A DNA stretch of 64,000 bases from a phage, in the sequence record PZ386970.1; one strand, 5' to 3'. Below the pieces are notes generated by a model, which was given only the letters and a program-made list of their open reading frames with translations, made no database searches and was not told the origin of the DNA. Shown piece by piece: positions 19,455 through 29,298 of the stretch (positions within the stretch are counted from its first letter, which is position 1; every line of letters starts with the position of its first letter). The translations under genes were made by a program, and so were the position numbers.

Positions 19455-20724
19455 TGGTGTTTAACCCTATGCATGATTTCTTTATTTTTACCGAGATTAA
19501 ATCCGCGTTCGTTCGGATTTCCCAAATAGCCGCATGTTCTTCTTATGGTGTTCATCTTTTTAGGATCAGTTTCTCCACAAACTGAACAAACAAATCCGTT
19601 TTCAGTAGGAGTCATTTCATGAGTACTTCCGCATGTAAAACATTTATCCACTGGCATATTAACACCAAAATAATCTAAATGTTGTGCAGCATAATCCCAG
19701 ACAGCCTCAAGACCCTTTAAATTGTTTTTCATATCTGGAAGTTCAACATAAGAAATGTGACCACCTGTCGCAATGAAATGATATGGCGCTTCACGAGAAA
19801 TCTTTTCAAATGGAGTAATATTTTCTTCTACTGAAACATGGAAACTGTTAGTGTACCAGCCTTTATCGGTAACATCTTTTACACTTCCATATTTTTCTGT
19901 GTCTAGTTTACAGAAACGATAACAAAGGTTTTCAGCAGGAGTAGAATACAAACTAAAAGCAAATCCAGTTCTTTCAGTCCACTGTTTAAGATGAGCATTC
20001 ATTTTAGTTAAAATTTCTTGCCCAATATCACGACCAACAAGAATATTCAATTCATGAATACCAATGTATCCTAAAGACACTGAACTTCTACCATTTTTAA
20101 ATAACTCAATTATGTCATCATCAGGTTTAAGACGAACCCCGAATGCACCTTCTTGGTAAAGAATAGGAGCAACAGTCGCTTTAACTCCTTTTAAGGAACT
20201 AATTCTACACATCAAAGCTTCAAAACATAAATCCATTCGTTCATTGAATAATTCAACAAATTTCTGTTCATTGAACTGTGTTCCAATATAAGAATCTAAT
20301 GCGATACGAGGAAGATTCAGTGTTACAACACCGAGATTATTACGTCCATCAAGAATTTCATTACCAGTCGAATCTTTCCATACACTCAAGAAACTACGGC
20401 AGCCCATTGGAGAAACAGGAACAGATGAACCGGTAATAGCTTTATTATTCTTAACAGAAATAATGTCAGGATACATTCTTTTGCTTGCACATTCTAACGC
20501 AAGTTGTTTAATATCATAGTTCGGATCATCTTTATAAAGATTAACACCCTCTTCAACAAACATAACAAGTTTAGGAAAAATAGGAGTTATCCCATCACGA
20601 CCAAGACCTTTAATACGATTTTTCAGAATTGCTTTCTGAATCATTCGTTCAGTCCAGTCAGTTCCCGTACCAAATGTAATTGTTACAAAAGGCGTTTGTC
20701 CATTAGAGCTGAAAAGTGTATTTA
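19451..20724 (-). CDS. nrdD: Anaerobic ribonucleoside-triphosphate reductase NrdD, exon 2 (5' boundary approximate, 20705-20725)
   Basis: C-terminal glycyl-radical motif RTCGYLGNP and Zn-ribbon cysteines (CFTCGS…CSVCG); open frame continues upstream into the intron region. Confidence 0.85.
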
Positions 20725-20756
20725 CTTCATCATTATATTCAGCATGAGTCGCAAAT

Positions 20757-21527
20757 TCATGCCCGTTTATATGAAACAACAAAATTTGGATAGTCCATAG
20801 ATATGCAACGTTCTTTTATAGTGCTAGGATGAAAATTTAGCGCTTTAGCTGCTTCTATATAAGACGTATACTTAATACCGTCAACAACCACATATTCAGG
20901 AACTTTATGAATAGTAGTCTTAATACTCAAAACAAGAGGATGAGTTTCGACTTCACTTTCAGTGCAATTTAAATATTCCGCTGCTTTTTTAAAACTTCTA
21001 AAAGTTTTATTTTTAAGCTTTATCGATACTTGTTTTTTACTTTTTCGACTATTGATATTATTTTGCACATGTTCCTTAGATCTTCCATTTTTAGCATAAT
21101 ATTCAGCTACAGAAGATTTTATATTGTTTTTATGAGATTTGGATAACACTTTACCCTTATGAGCATCTCTTAATTTTTGAATATGTTCTTCAGTATCCGG
21201 ATGTTTATAAAACTTTTTACCGCCTATGGATTTATTTAAACATTTTTTGCTATAAAAATATTTACGTATGACCTCTTCTTCATGTTTTAATGCATCTTTA
21301 TAACTATCAAATGTTTTTAAAATTATCCATTTAGTAGGTGTATCAGTTTTTAAGCGTTCATTTATATACTTAGATGACGTTGTGTAAGTTTTCCAGTTTG
21401 TGGGCTTGTTTTTAATTGTTCTAAATTTTTTATAACCGATATAAATGTCGCCATTAGAAAACTTAACTAAGTATGTAAATGCGTCTTTATCTTTTATTTT
21501 AGTACAACGTCTTTTTATCCATTTCAT
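20757..21527 (-). CDS. Intron-encoded GIY-YIG homing endonuclease with NUMOD3-like repeats and C-terminal helix-turn-helix
   Basis: 256 aa; N-terminal YLVKFSNGDIYIGYKK…KWIILKTF…EEEVIRKY (GIY-YIG-like), basic SKSHKNNIKSS repeats, C-terminal DGIKYTSYIEAAKALNFHPSTIKERC (I-TevI-type HTH). Confidence 0.8.
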   Translation of the reverse strand: MKWIKRRCTKIKDKDAFTYLVKFSNGDIYIGYKKFRTIKNKPTNWKTYTTSSKYINERLKTDTPTKWIILKTFDSYKDALKHEEEVIRKYFYSKKCLNKSIGGKKFYKHPDTEEHIQKLRDAHKGKVLSKSHKNNIKSSVAEYYAKNGRSKEHVQNNINSRKSKKQVSIKLKNKTFRSFKKAAEYLNCTESEVETHPLVLSIKTTIHKVPEYVVVDGIKYTSYIEAAKALNFHPSTIKERCISMDYPNFVVSYKRA

Positions 21528-21556
21528 TGTTTCACCTCGTATTCATAAGATAATCT

Positions 21557-21564
21557 TATTTATA
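21557..21564 (-). promoter_or_regulatory. T4-type late promoter inside the nrdD intron, upstream of the homing-endonuclease ORF
   Basis: Minus-strand TATAAATA ~30 nt upstream of the endonuclease ATG. Confidence 0.7.
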
Positions 21565-21776
21565 CAAGATGACTGCTGCATGTCGCCATGCAGATTAGAC
21601 TATATCTTCATCTTTCGATGCCGGCCGTTTCGAATAGCATTAGCTTCTATTCTACACCGTTACATTCATCACGGTTAGTCGTTAGGCATTTAGTTCAAAA
21701 GAACATTTAGCACGGGATTGTCTTACTAGAGAGGTTCCCCGTTTAGACCGGTTTTACATGAGCCTGAATTAAATTA

Positions 21777-22314
21777 ACTCATACGCCTGAAATGCATCGT
21801 ATACATCTTTTTCTGTTTTAGATTGAGCATAATTCAACGCATCAGCGATTTGCCATTTTTCTGCATCCTCAATATGTTTTGCATAGGTGCGTTTAACATA
21901 AGGAGAAAGTACTTTATCTACATTTGCAAAAGTCGTTCCGCCGTATTGATGGGAAGCAACCTGTGCAGTAATTTGTGCCATAATTGCAGTAGCAACGCCA
22001 ATTGATTTAGGAGTTTCAATCTGTGCATTACCTAGCTTAAATCCATTTTCAAGCATTCCTTTTAAATCTACTAAACAGCAATTAGTAAAAGGAAGAGCAG
22101 GGGAATAATCAATATCGTGCACGTGAATAATTCCGCTTTCATGCGCTTTCATAATAAAAGACGGGACCATATTTTTGGCAATGTGTTTAGACACAATACC
22201 AGCCATAAGGTCCCGTTGAGTTGGAAAAACACGAGAATCTTTATTAGCATTCTCGTTCAAAAGATCTTTATTAGTTTTATGAATTAATCCTTCAATTTCT
22301 TTTTCAATTTTCAT
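21777..22314 (-). CDS. nrdD: Anaerobic ribonucleoside-triphosphate reductase NrdD, exon 1 (3' boundary approximate)
   Basis: 181 aa N-terminal frame ends within 3 codons of the intron start; a GAGT/GCTCA P1 pairing suggests a splice site near 21777. Confidence 0.8.
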
Positions 22315-22784
22315 TTTAAACTCTTTCTAAGCTGCTTTTTGAATGAAGCTATTAATTGTGGTTTAGTATCAGATTCATTATATTCAAATCCTCTTTGAAG
22401 CATCTCAGCCATCATTTCCTCTTTACCTAAACGAGAAAATTCCTTTGATTTATCTCCAACAAAATTAGGATGGATATTATTATCAGAATAATCTTGTTTC
22501 AAATAAGCAAGAAGAGCTTCAAGCCATTCTAGGTAGTCGACATCACGGCCTTTAAGACCAGAACGGTTGAACTTATGCTTCATTTGACCTTCTGCTGCGT
22601 TGCACAGATTACAGAGTAATCCACGAACTCTACCGGCTTTTGGCCCGTTTAATTCGTGGTCGTGGTCAAGATGGTTACCTTGAACATCAGGGTCTAATTC
22701 ACGGTGGCAAATAGGACACTTACCGTTCTGTGCATCATAAAATTTTTGTTTTTCTTCTTTATATTTTGCGCCTGATAATAACAT
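22311..22784 (-). CDS. 49: Endonuclease VII (Holliday-junction resolvase) gp49
   Basis: 157 aa; near-identical to recalled T4 gp49 (…KFYDAQNGKCPICHRELDPDVQGNHLDHDHELNGPKAGRVRGLLCNLCNAAEGQMKHKFNRSGLKG…). Confidence 0.95.
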   Translation of the reverse strand: MLLSGAKYKEEKQKFYDAQNGKCPICHRELDPDVQGNHLDHDHELNGPKAGRVRGLLCNLCNAAEGQMKHKFNRSGLKGRDVDYLEWLEALLAYLKQDYSDNNIHPNFVGDKSKEFSRLGKEEMMAEMLQRGFEYNESDTKPQLIASFKKQLRKSLK

Positions 22785-22819
22785 GATAAACCCTTACCTT
22801 AAATAGATAAGGGTATTTA

Positions 22820-23383
22820 TTAACTTAAACGTCTTTCTAAATATTCAATGTATTCTGCGGCTGCTTGCATCAGGTTACCTTCATATCCGTCATTATTTTC
22901 TTGTCCGGCTAATTTAGCTAATGCATAAGAAATTCGTTCACCTTCGAATTCACCAAGTTTACTACCTAGCACATCCGCAATATCAGCCGAATCAATTTCT
23001 TCGAGTTCATCTATTGAATGGGATTCCCAGAAGCACCAAAGAGAAGTATCACGGTCATAGATGCAAAGTTTCTCACCTGTGTTCAACATCACTTCGTTAA
23101 TGCCATGGTCGCCATAACCATCCTCGGTAGTAGTACCAATTACCTTGATGATTGTTCCTTTCTTTAATTCAGGAAACTTGGCTTGTAGTTCTTCATCTTC
23201 TTTAACAATCTTGAACCATTTACCGCGAGTTTCAGAAATATTCATATCAATATTCTCTATAAAAGTTACGATGAGAACGTTTAGCTTTGCGAAGCTGACG
23301 TTTAGTAGGACGAACTGTAAATGGTTGTCCAGAGAAAAAATTCGGATCGGTTTTAATAAGCAAATACCAATCATGCTTGCCAT
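22820..23383 (-). CDS. Hypothetical acidic protein (T4 pin-like position; true start may be internal)
   Basis: 187 aa ORF; N-terminal hydrophobic stretch may be an over-extension. Confidence 0.5.
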   Translation of the reverse strand: MASMIGICLLKPIRIFSLDNHLQFVLLNVSFAKLNVLIVTFIENIDMNISETRGKWFKIVKEDEELQAKFPELKKGTIIKVIGTTTEDGYGDHGINEVMLNTGEKLCIYDRDTSLWCFWESHSIDELEEIDSADIADVLGSKLGEFEGERISYALAKLAGQENNDGYEGNLMQAAAEYIEYLERRLS

Positions 23384-23545
23384 TTTTTAATAAACGGTAC
23401 AATAATTTAACTTGCATAATAATCTCTTCCCATTTCCATATCAATTAATTCATTTATTGAAGGTTCATCATAACACGTTTCTTCGTCGTTGTAAACTGTT
23501 TCGACGTCTGGCTCGACTGTCTCCCATCGAGCGGTATACCATGGT

Positions 23546-23881
23546 TTAACCCCGGAGTTTATTGAGCTCTTCATAATCAACCCAGGATTCTAGCCCAGAT
23601 GGCAAAGCTGATTCAACGTTCCACAGAAGCTCTTCGATGGCTTGTAGGCGATTATATTCTTCAACAGTAATAGTAACCATTGTTTCAGGCTTTTTAACCA
23701 TCATGTCATTCATCAGAATGTACAGGTCTTCACAAACAGCCGGGTCGTCCCATGTCCATATTTCAGCATCTCGAACCAATGAAGTCGGAATCGAATTTAA
23801 AACTTCAAGCTTAGTAGGAGCGTCAGGGCCGAGAAGAGTTGCTACAAATTTATATGCTTTGGCGAAATCAATATCGTTCAT
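23546..23881 (-). CDS. Hypothetical protein
   Basis: 111 aa ORF. Confidence 0.5.
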   Translation of the reverse strand: MNDIDFAKAYKFVATLLGPDAPTKLEVLNSIPTSLVRDAEIWTWDDPAVCEDLYILMNDMMVKKPETMVTITVEEYNRLQAIEELLWNVESALPSGLESWVDYEELNKLRG

Positions 23882-24141
23882 TTAAAATATTCTCGCAGTT
23901 GGTCAAATCCACCAATGTGACTTCCGTCAGGAGCAAACACTTGAGGCATAGTCAATCCAACTTGTGATTCACGTCCAAGCTTAACCAGAAGCTCAGCAAT
24001 TTTCTCATCGTCGAACACACCTTTTTCTGGCATAACATTAATGAATTCGAATGGCTGTTTCTTAACAGTCAGCAATCGTTTCGCATTATCACAATAAATG
24101 CATTTATGAATAGTAGAGTCATACCCGTACACTTTAAACAT
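23878..24141 (-). CDS. nrdC: Glutaredoxin/thioredoxin NrdC
   Basis: From MFKVYGYDSTIHKCIYCDNAKRLL, 87 aa; near-identical to recalled T4 NrdC; CxxC redox motif. Confidence 0.9.
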   Translation of the reverse strand: MFKVYGYDSTIHKCIYCDNAKRLLTVKKQPFEFINVMPEKGVFDDEKIAELLVKLGRESQVGLTMPQVFAPDGSHIGGFDQLREYFK

Positions 24142-24547
24142 TATTTTTCCTTTCATCGATTAAATATGCAATGCCAAATACAATACATGTAATAAAACCT
24201 GTGATACAGATAGAAACCAACAACACTGTACCAAAGAACCAAATCAAGTTATCTTTAGTAGTTTGTTTGATATCCATCTCACGAATTTCTATAGCTATCG
24301 TATCACCTTTATTCAGAAGCGTATAAAACGATGGTGATACATGCCTGTCAAAAACTCGACCTTGTTCATCTTTATAAACTGCAATAAATTCCAATTTAGA
24401 ATATTTTCCTGTAGATTGGCCTGAGATTAATTCCACTACCTCCACAGGAATTACTTTAGTTTCCATGTAAGTATTCTGGCTGTTCCAAATGAATGGAATG
24501 ATGGCAAAAACTAAAGCTGCGATAAAACAACGAAGGCTATATCTCAT
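24134..24547 (-). CDS. Hypothetical membrane protein (2 TM helices)
   Basis: 137 aa; N- and C-terminal hydrophobic helices. Confidence 0.55.
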   Translation of the reverse strand: MRYSLRCFIAALVFAIIPFIWNSQNTYMETKVIPVEVVELISGQSTGKYSKLEFIAVYKDEQGRVFDRHVSPSFYTLLNKGDTIAIEIREMDIKQTTKDNLIWFFGTVLLVSICITGFITCIVFGIAYLIDERKNNV

Positions 24548-24852
24548 TATAATGTTCTCTCAAATTTGTGGAAGCATTTACGGCATTTCAATTTCAAGTT
24601 ATCAGTGGTCCAGTTAACCAGTTGGACTTGGATAGTTCCACATTCCGGGCATGGGTGTTTTGCTGCCGATTTGGCAGCATTTTCACGTCGTTCAACCATT
24701 TTCATTATTTCGTTCCATGCCGGAGGAACGAACTCTTCTTCACCGTGGATTTTATCTCGCTGAACAAATTCAATCTTTGAACTATCGTCAATAAACTTAA
24801 CCAAGCCATGATTAGTGCTCATATCAATATCCTCTAAAAGACGTAGTTTCAT
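24547..24852 (-). CDS. Hypothetical zinc-ribbon protein
   Basis: 101 aa; CPECG…CRKC cysteine pairs. Confidence 0.55.
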   Translation of the reverse strand: MKLRLLEDIDMSTNHGLVKFIDDSSKIEFVQRDKIHGEEEFVPPAWNEIMKMVERRENAAKSAAKHPCPECGTIQVQLVNWTTDNLKLKCRKCFHKFERTL

Positions 24853-25799
24853 TATAACACCTCAATGGCATTTCGTAAACCGTCCGCTTTCGCATTCAGA
24901 GCTTTTAACGATTTAGTCTGTTCTTTAATCTGGGCTTCGACTTCTTTCAGACGAGATTTGAGGTACTCACGTTCTTCGCTCAAGTTGTCAACTTTTTCTA
25001 CTTTAGGTTCTTTAATAGTCTTAAGTTTATACTCGTTAGGGTTCTTCAGCTTAATTCGGGTGCGAGAACTGAATAACATTGAACCGTTATCTTCGGATTC
25101 GTCGAACGTTTCAACAACATCCATAGTCTCTAACAATGTAATAAGTTTATAAGACAACGAACGAATAGTTTTGTTGTGCTTATTAATTTCTTCGGCTTTC
25201 ATGGTACCGAGATTACGTGAGTAATAATAAGGAACCTGGATATTAATTGATAATGATGCGTTACCATTACCGGTTGGTTTGAATACTGCAGTAACCCAAT
25301 CTTTAACATGAACTTTATTTGTACGACCATCACCACCTGTGAATAATTTACGAGAATGTTTAAAAAGCATATTCACTTGGTTATTGAATTCACAAGCAAA
25401 TTTATCAGCAAATTTAGTTTCAGGAATGGTAGAGAACCAATCGGCTAAATGGGTCTTTTTAACATCGTTAATAATAGTAAATTCAACTAAATCTGATTTA
25501 GATTCCACTGATTTGAAGCATGGCTTCATAAAGTTTTTAATATTATCGCGAGCTACAGTAGAAGATAATAAACGAGAACGTTTGAACCATTGAAGCAGTG
25601 TCCCTAATGAATGAGAATACGCATTCTGAGTATCTTTACAGATATGATTTTCTTGGTCTGTGTATGTACCAAAATCTCGAAGAATACCACTTACTACATC
25701 TCGGTGTGGAACATCAAATCCTAGTGTACCAGTGGCGCGCTGAGCATGAACGTTAGCGATAAGACCGGCAAAGTATTCAATGTAATGTGAACGTGTCAT
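24852..25799 (-). CDS. Hypothetical protein
   Basis: 315 aa ORF with C-terminal coiled coil. Confidence 0.6.
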   Translation of the reverse strand: MTRSHYIEYFAGLIANVHAQRATGTLGFDVPHRDVVSGILRDFGTYTDQENHICKDTQNAYSHSLGTLLQWFKRSRLLSSTVARDNIKNFMKPCFKSVESKSDLVEFTIINDVKKTHLADWFSTIPETKFADKFACEFNNQVNMLFKHSRKLFTGGDGRTNKVHVKDWVTAVFKPTGNGNASLSINIQVPYYYSRNLGTMKAEEINKHNKTIRSLSYKLITLLETMDVVETFDESEDNGSMLFSSRTRIKLKNPNEYKLKTIKEPKVEKVDNLSEEREYLKSRLKEVEAQIKEQTKSLKALNAKADGLRNAIEVL

Positions 25800-25827
25800 A
25801 ATATTTTCCTCTCGTTAAGATAGATTT

Positions 25828-25857
25828 ATTATACTCCAACCATCCTTGGTTGTACAT
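25828..25857 (-). promoter_or_regulatory. Promoter-like element (-35 TGTACA, -10 TATAAT)
   Basis: Minus strand TGTACA-N18-TATAAT; precedes ORF 24852..25799. Confidence 0.5.
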
Positions 25858-26852
25858 CATTCCTTAAGAAGTTTTACTACTTGAATAAGATTAGCTCGTT
25901 CTGTTTTATTTTTACCGTTCAATCCGGCCAGTCGCGAGATTTCATCGTCAATCTGTTGAATAGTTACATTAAGTTCGTTAATCAAAGCTTCAAAGTATTT
26001 GATTTGCTCAGCATGTTTTGATTCAAATTTCTGAACCGGAATAACGTCTTGGTTCAGTTCATCAATAAGGTCTTTAAGAGCATCTTCTTGGTTGATATCG
26101 TATTCAACTTCTTTTATTTCTTCAACGAGCTCGTCTTTATATCTAACGTCTTTTAGTCCTGAAGCTGGTCCTGAAATCTCTTCTTTAAGAGTACAAACAT
26201 ATCCAATACGGTATCCAATGCCGTCTCGCTTGATATCAACTTCGTCGATAAATCCACAATGTTTAAGCCCGGAGCCAATTAGGTCAAAATATCCTTGACG
26301 TCGTCCTTCAAACGTTACACGAACTACTAAGACAGTTTTACCTGCAACCTTTTGAAGCTCACATTTATAAAAGTCAGTTGAACCTGAATAACGTGGATGA
26401 GTTTTAAAGTTCATCTGACGATCTAGACCCATTTGTAAACGTGCTGATACGGCCAGAAAACGTGTTTGGTTCTCGTTAAGATGAGCAACAATCCATTTCA
26501 AAGGCATTTTACCCTGTTCACGGCCGAACAAATCAGTACGTCCTAAATTACGCAGGATATTGTTAGAGTTAATCATCGACAGAACGTTAAGTTTATTCAG
26601 CGCGCTGAAGATTCCATCAGCCATTGATTTTCCATAACCTTTACACGCTTTAATAAGTGCTCGCGGCAGATTAGTATAGATTTCAGACGGCATATGAAAA
26701 TCAAATTTACTAGTCAGTAATTGATGAACTTGGATAGCAATTTGTTCATAATTAAGTGCTCTGCGATCATTATGGTCTTTAAACCACACTTTAATCTGTG
26801 AAGCACATAAACCGTTAATTTCATGTTTTACCGCATCAGATGTAATGCTCAT
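25857..26852 (-). CDS. Hypothetical protein
   Basis: 331 aa ORF with C-terminal coiled coil. Confidence 0.6.
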   Translation of the reverse strand: MSITSDAVKHEINGLCASQIKVWFKDHNDRRALNYEQIAIQVHQLLTSKFDFHMPSEIYTNLPRALIKACKGYGKSMADGIFSALNKLNVLSMINSNNILRNLGRTDLFGREQGKMPLKWIVAHLNENQTRFLAVSARLQMGLDRQMNFKTHPRYSGSTDFYKCELQKVAGKTVLVVRVTFEGRRQGYFDLIGSGLKHCGFIDEVDIKRDGIGYRIGYVCTLKEEISGPASGLKDVRYKDELVEEIKEVEYDINQEDALKDLIDELNQDVIPVQKFESKHAEQIKYFEALINELNVTIQQIDDEISRLAGLNGKNKTERANLIQVVKLLKE

Positions 26853-26914
26853 AACTATTTCCTCAGATTGAATTGGAACTCAAAACCATTATAACCCGTC
26901 CTTGGGTAAAGCGT

Positions 26915-27442
26915 TTATGCGTGAACCGACTTTAAACGTTCTTCAAATTTCCGAAGAGTACTAATACGTTCTGCTTTCTGTTTTGTGTAGTTTGCAATAC
27001 GTTCTGAAGTGAGAGCGTATCGTTCGTTTACTGATTCTTTCATGAAGTCAGGGATTTCACGAGAAGCTTTAATTTCATCAAACTTATCGAGTACTGCCTG
27101 GTCTTCAGCAATTAAATTTTCGTACATCTCGATATCTTTCTTGATGAAGTCGATATCTTCCTGGGTTACTTTGGATAAACGAGATGCTTTATCCTTTTTG
27201 TACTGCTCGTTAGTTTCACGAGACCAGAATAATGTACGTTTTTTATTAGTGTTTTTGTAGACTTCCACAATTCCAACTGAATCGATGATAACAATCCAAT
27301 TCCAGCGAGATTTGAAAATCTGACCTCCATCCACGGTAATCTCGTTACCATAAGCAACGTCATTAAAGAACTTGCTCTGTGCTTCAGATTTAAATTTACC
27401 GTCGTTATAATTTACCAGGTTGAAAATATCTTTAGCGTTCAT
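26915..27442 (-). CDS. Hypothetical protein
   Basis: 175 aa ORF; GGAGG RBS and upstream early promoter. Confidence 0.6.
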   Translation of the reverse strand: MNAKDIFNLVNYNDGKFKSEAQSKFFNDVAYGNEITVDGGQIFKSRWNWIVIIDSVGIVEVYKNTNKKRTLFWSRETNEQYKKDKASRLSKVTQEDIDFIKKDIEMYENLIAEDQAVLDKFDEIKASREIPDFMKESVNERYALTSERIANYTKQKAERISTLRKFEERLKSVHA

Positions 27443-27459
27443 GTTTTACCTCCAGTAGT

Positions 27460-27488
27460 TGATAGGTCTATAATAACATAACCATAGA
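27460..27488 (-). promoter_or_regulatory. Early promoter with overlapping stem-loop (PeSL-like cassette): -35 GTTTAC, 17-nt spacer, -10 TATTAT
   Basis: Minus strand GTTTAC-N17-TGTTATTAT, inverted repeat GGTCTAT/ATAGACC around the -10; ~20 nt upstream of RBS and ATG of ORF 26915..27442. Confidence 0.7.
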
Positions 27489-27500
27489 CCTTGTAAACAA

Positions 27501-27788
27501 CTAAAAGAAACTTTTTTCGGTATTTTTTCCACTGAACCAAACCGACTTCGGGTTTTTTTGTAATTTTTCAGATTTAAGTTTCTCTTCCTGTTCTTTCTTA
27601 TATACACCCTTGTCGTACTGGAGCATCTCTATGGCACTCTTTTGCAAACGATCTAAGGTAATTAAGGCTTTAGTTTTTCCTTTCAAGGAAGAGTCCTGGC
27701 GAACCTCCTCGCTATATTGCATTGTAGAACTAACCATACGATGAGCATAGAGTTCGACTGCGGCTTTAATTTTTTGCATAAAATCCAT
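27501..27788 (-). CDS. Hypothetical protein
   Basis: 95 aa; AGAGGA RBS 6 nt upstream of ATG. Confidence 0.55.
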   Translation of the reverse strand: MDFMQKIKAAVELYAHRMVSSTMQYSEEVRQDSSLKGKTKALITLDRLQKSAIEMLQYDKGVYKKEQEEKLKSEKLQKNPKSVWFSGKNTEKSFF

Positions 27789-27926
27789 AACATATCCTCT
27801 TTGATTTGTACATCATTATTTTTAAATATTTCTATGCCCTCAGTAGGTTCCTGGTGTCCTTCTTTGAGGTAAGCTATATGATTATTCATCTTTATGGCTT
27901 TTGTTACCTCAGAACTTCCTATAAGC

Positions 27927-28928
27927 TTATTTCAGTAAAGTTACTTCAGAGATTTCCTCCCAACCATCTTTATCAGTTGAAATAAAATCTGCTACATAAA
28001 GAGCCGTACGTAATGATACATTGCGAAGACGAGATACGTTAGCCTTCATCCAGGACAATGCTTTATACGTTTCTGCATCCGTCAGACCACGTTTCTGCAT
28101 CATGTCAGTAGATAATATTACATCTTCAACTCGAACCATAATCTCTTCATTAGAGTGTACTCCAAGGTCGAGATACACTGAACGAGATACTAAAGCTTGA
28201 AGGTGCGGAGCAAGTTTCGAACCACGTTCTAACTCTTTATCGATATCAACGTTTGTAATGAAAACGATAGTACCTTCAAACTCAAATTCTTTATCAATAC
28301 CCTTATCATCGAGATAAGATGACGCAGTACTCCAACAAACTTTGCGTTTATCGCCAGTATCCAATGCTGCTTTAAGAAGGTTCAGGATGTCCATATCCGA
28401 GAATACGTCAACGTCGTCGATTAAGAGAACGCTGTCTGCATCACGGTTGAGCCAAAGTTGTTCGTAAAGGCCAATACCAGAGATTTTGCCATTAATGCTT
28501 TTGTATTTGATGAAACCGTTATCATTAGCATTATTAAGTGCTTTATCCAGAGAATACGTCTTACCAATACCAGCTGCACCTGAAATAATGAGTGAACGAA
28601 TTTTGCCATCGATAATGCCATTCGTCATCATGTTCATTACTTTAAAGCGTTTGTTGATACGAGTTTTCATATCTTCAGTGCTTTCAACAACTGCAACTGG
28701 TGATGTCTCAACTCCTTCCATTACGATGTCTGATTTGAAGACCCATACTCCACGTTCAGAACCATCAATCATAACGAAAATTTTACCATCACCTAAGTGG
28801 GAACATTCAGGATTAAGCTTTGCCGGGAACCATGTCTTTGTGGCAACATAAGAACCAGAGATTTCGTTATTACGATAGATACCTTTTTTGATTTGAACGT
28901 TGAACATTTTATTCTCCAATTTACTCAT
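27927..28928 (-). CDS. P-loop NTPase (AAA-like ATPase), function unknown
   Basis: 333 aa; Walker A GAAGIGKTY, Walker B LLIDDVD. Confidence 0.65.
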   Translation of the reverse strand: MSKLENKMFNVQIKKGIYRNNEISGSYVATKTWFPAKLNPECSHLGDGKIFVMIDGSERGVWVFKSDIVMEGVETSPVAVVESTEDMKTRINKRFKVMNMMTNGIIDGKIRSLIISGAAGIGKTYSLDKALNNANDNGFIKYKSINGKISGIGLYEQLWLNRDADSVLLIDDVDVFSDMDILNLLKAALDTGDKRKVCWSTASSYLDDKGIDKEFEFEGTIVFITNVDIDKELERGSKLAPHLQALVSRSVYLDLGVHSNEEIMVRVEDVILSTDMMQKRGLTDAETYKALSWMKANVSRLRNVSLRTALYVADFISTDKDGWEEISEVTLLK

Positions 28929-28945
28929 TTCGTTTCGATAGGTCT

Positions 28946-28974
28946 ATAATAACATGTTTAAAGCAAAAGTAAAC
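28946..28974 (-). promoter_or_regulatory. Early promoter (GTTTAC-N17-TATTAT), PeSL-like, upstream of the P-loop ATPase gene
   Basis: Same cassette (plus strand ataggtcTATAATAACAT…GTAAAC). Confidence 0.7.
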
Positions 28975-28976
28975 AA

Positions 28977-29195
28977 TTATTTGCGACGAGATTTTTTGGT
29001 AAGAGGTTGAAAGAACACTGCTTTACCTGCCGGGGTTAAGGTGACTCGTAATGCGTTACCGATTCCTAAGGATGCTTTAACTAGTCCTTTAGCTTTCAGT
29101 TCACCGAATGCTTGACGTTGGTCTGCATCACGAGTGTTAACCATAAGACCTTTATCACCAGCTTCACGAATCATTTCTAACATTTTGGTTTTCAT
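28977..29195 (-). CDS. Hypothetical small basic protein (start at internal Met MKTKMLEMIR with GAGGAG RBS)
   Basis: ORF-track frame 28977..29252 trimmed because its 5' end overlaps the promoter element. Confidence 0.45.
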   Translation of the reverse strand: MKTKMLEMIREAGDKGLMVNTRDADQRQAFGELKAKGLVKASLGIGNALRVTLTPAGKAVFFQPLTKKSRRK

Positions 29196-29223
29196 TTTGT
29201 TCTCCTCTTGTTTTGATAGGTCT

Positions 29224-29252
29224 ATAATAACATATCCTAAAAGCATGTACAC
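29224..29252 (-). promoter_or_regulatory. Early promoter, PeSL-like (weaker -35 GTGTAC)
   Basis: Plus-strand gataggtcTATAATAACAT…gtacac; precedes ORF 28977..29195. Confidence 0.55.
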
Positions 29253-29282
29253 TACTTTTTAAAAATATTTTGACCCCCTAAA

Positions 29283-29298
29283 GGGACCCGAAGGTCCC
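29283..29298 (-). terminator. UUCG-tetraloop hairpin downstream of the late secreted-protein gene
   Basis: Minus RNA GGGACC-UUCG-GGUCCC followed by UUUA; flanking 35 bp closely repeated at 46940-46965. Confidence 0.5.

Larger units (their letters stand above)
20725..21776 (-). mobile_element. Group I intron in nrdD with embedded homing-endonuclease ORF (boundaries approximate)
   Basis: Minus-strand sequence contains CTAAACGGGGAACCTCTCTAGTAAGACAATCCCGTGCTAAATG and GATATAGTCTAATCTGCATGGCGACATGCAGC, matching conserved core elements recalled from the T4 td intron; splits nrdD. Confidence 0.8.

Noticed and set aside
20782-20782. ORF-track start of the nrdD C-terminal ORF at 20782
   Set aside because: That position is a TTG inside the intron/endonuclease overlap; the real exon 2 begins at a 3' splice site further downstream (about 20705-20725).
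23247-23444. 65-aa basic ORF overlapping the 5' end of ORF 22820-23383
   Set aside because: Substantial out-of-frame overlap; one of the two is probably mis-started. Kept the longer ORF at low confidence.
27683-27889. 68-aa ORF overlapping ORF 27501-27788 by ~100 nt
   Set aside because: The overlapping 27501-27788 ORF has a strong RBS; this one does not and would overlap it out of frame.
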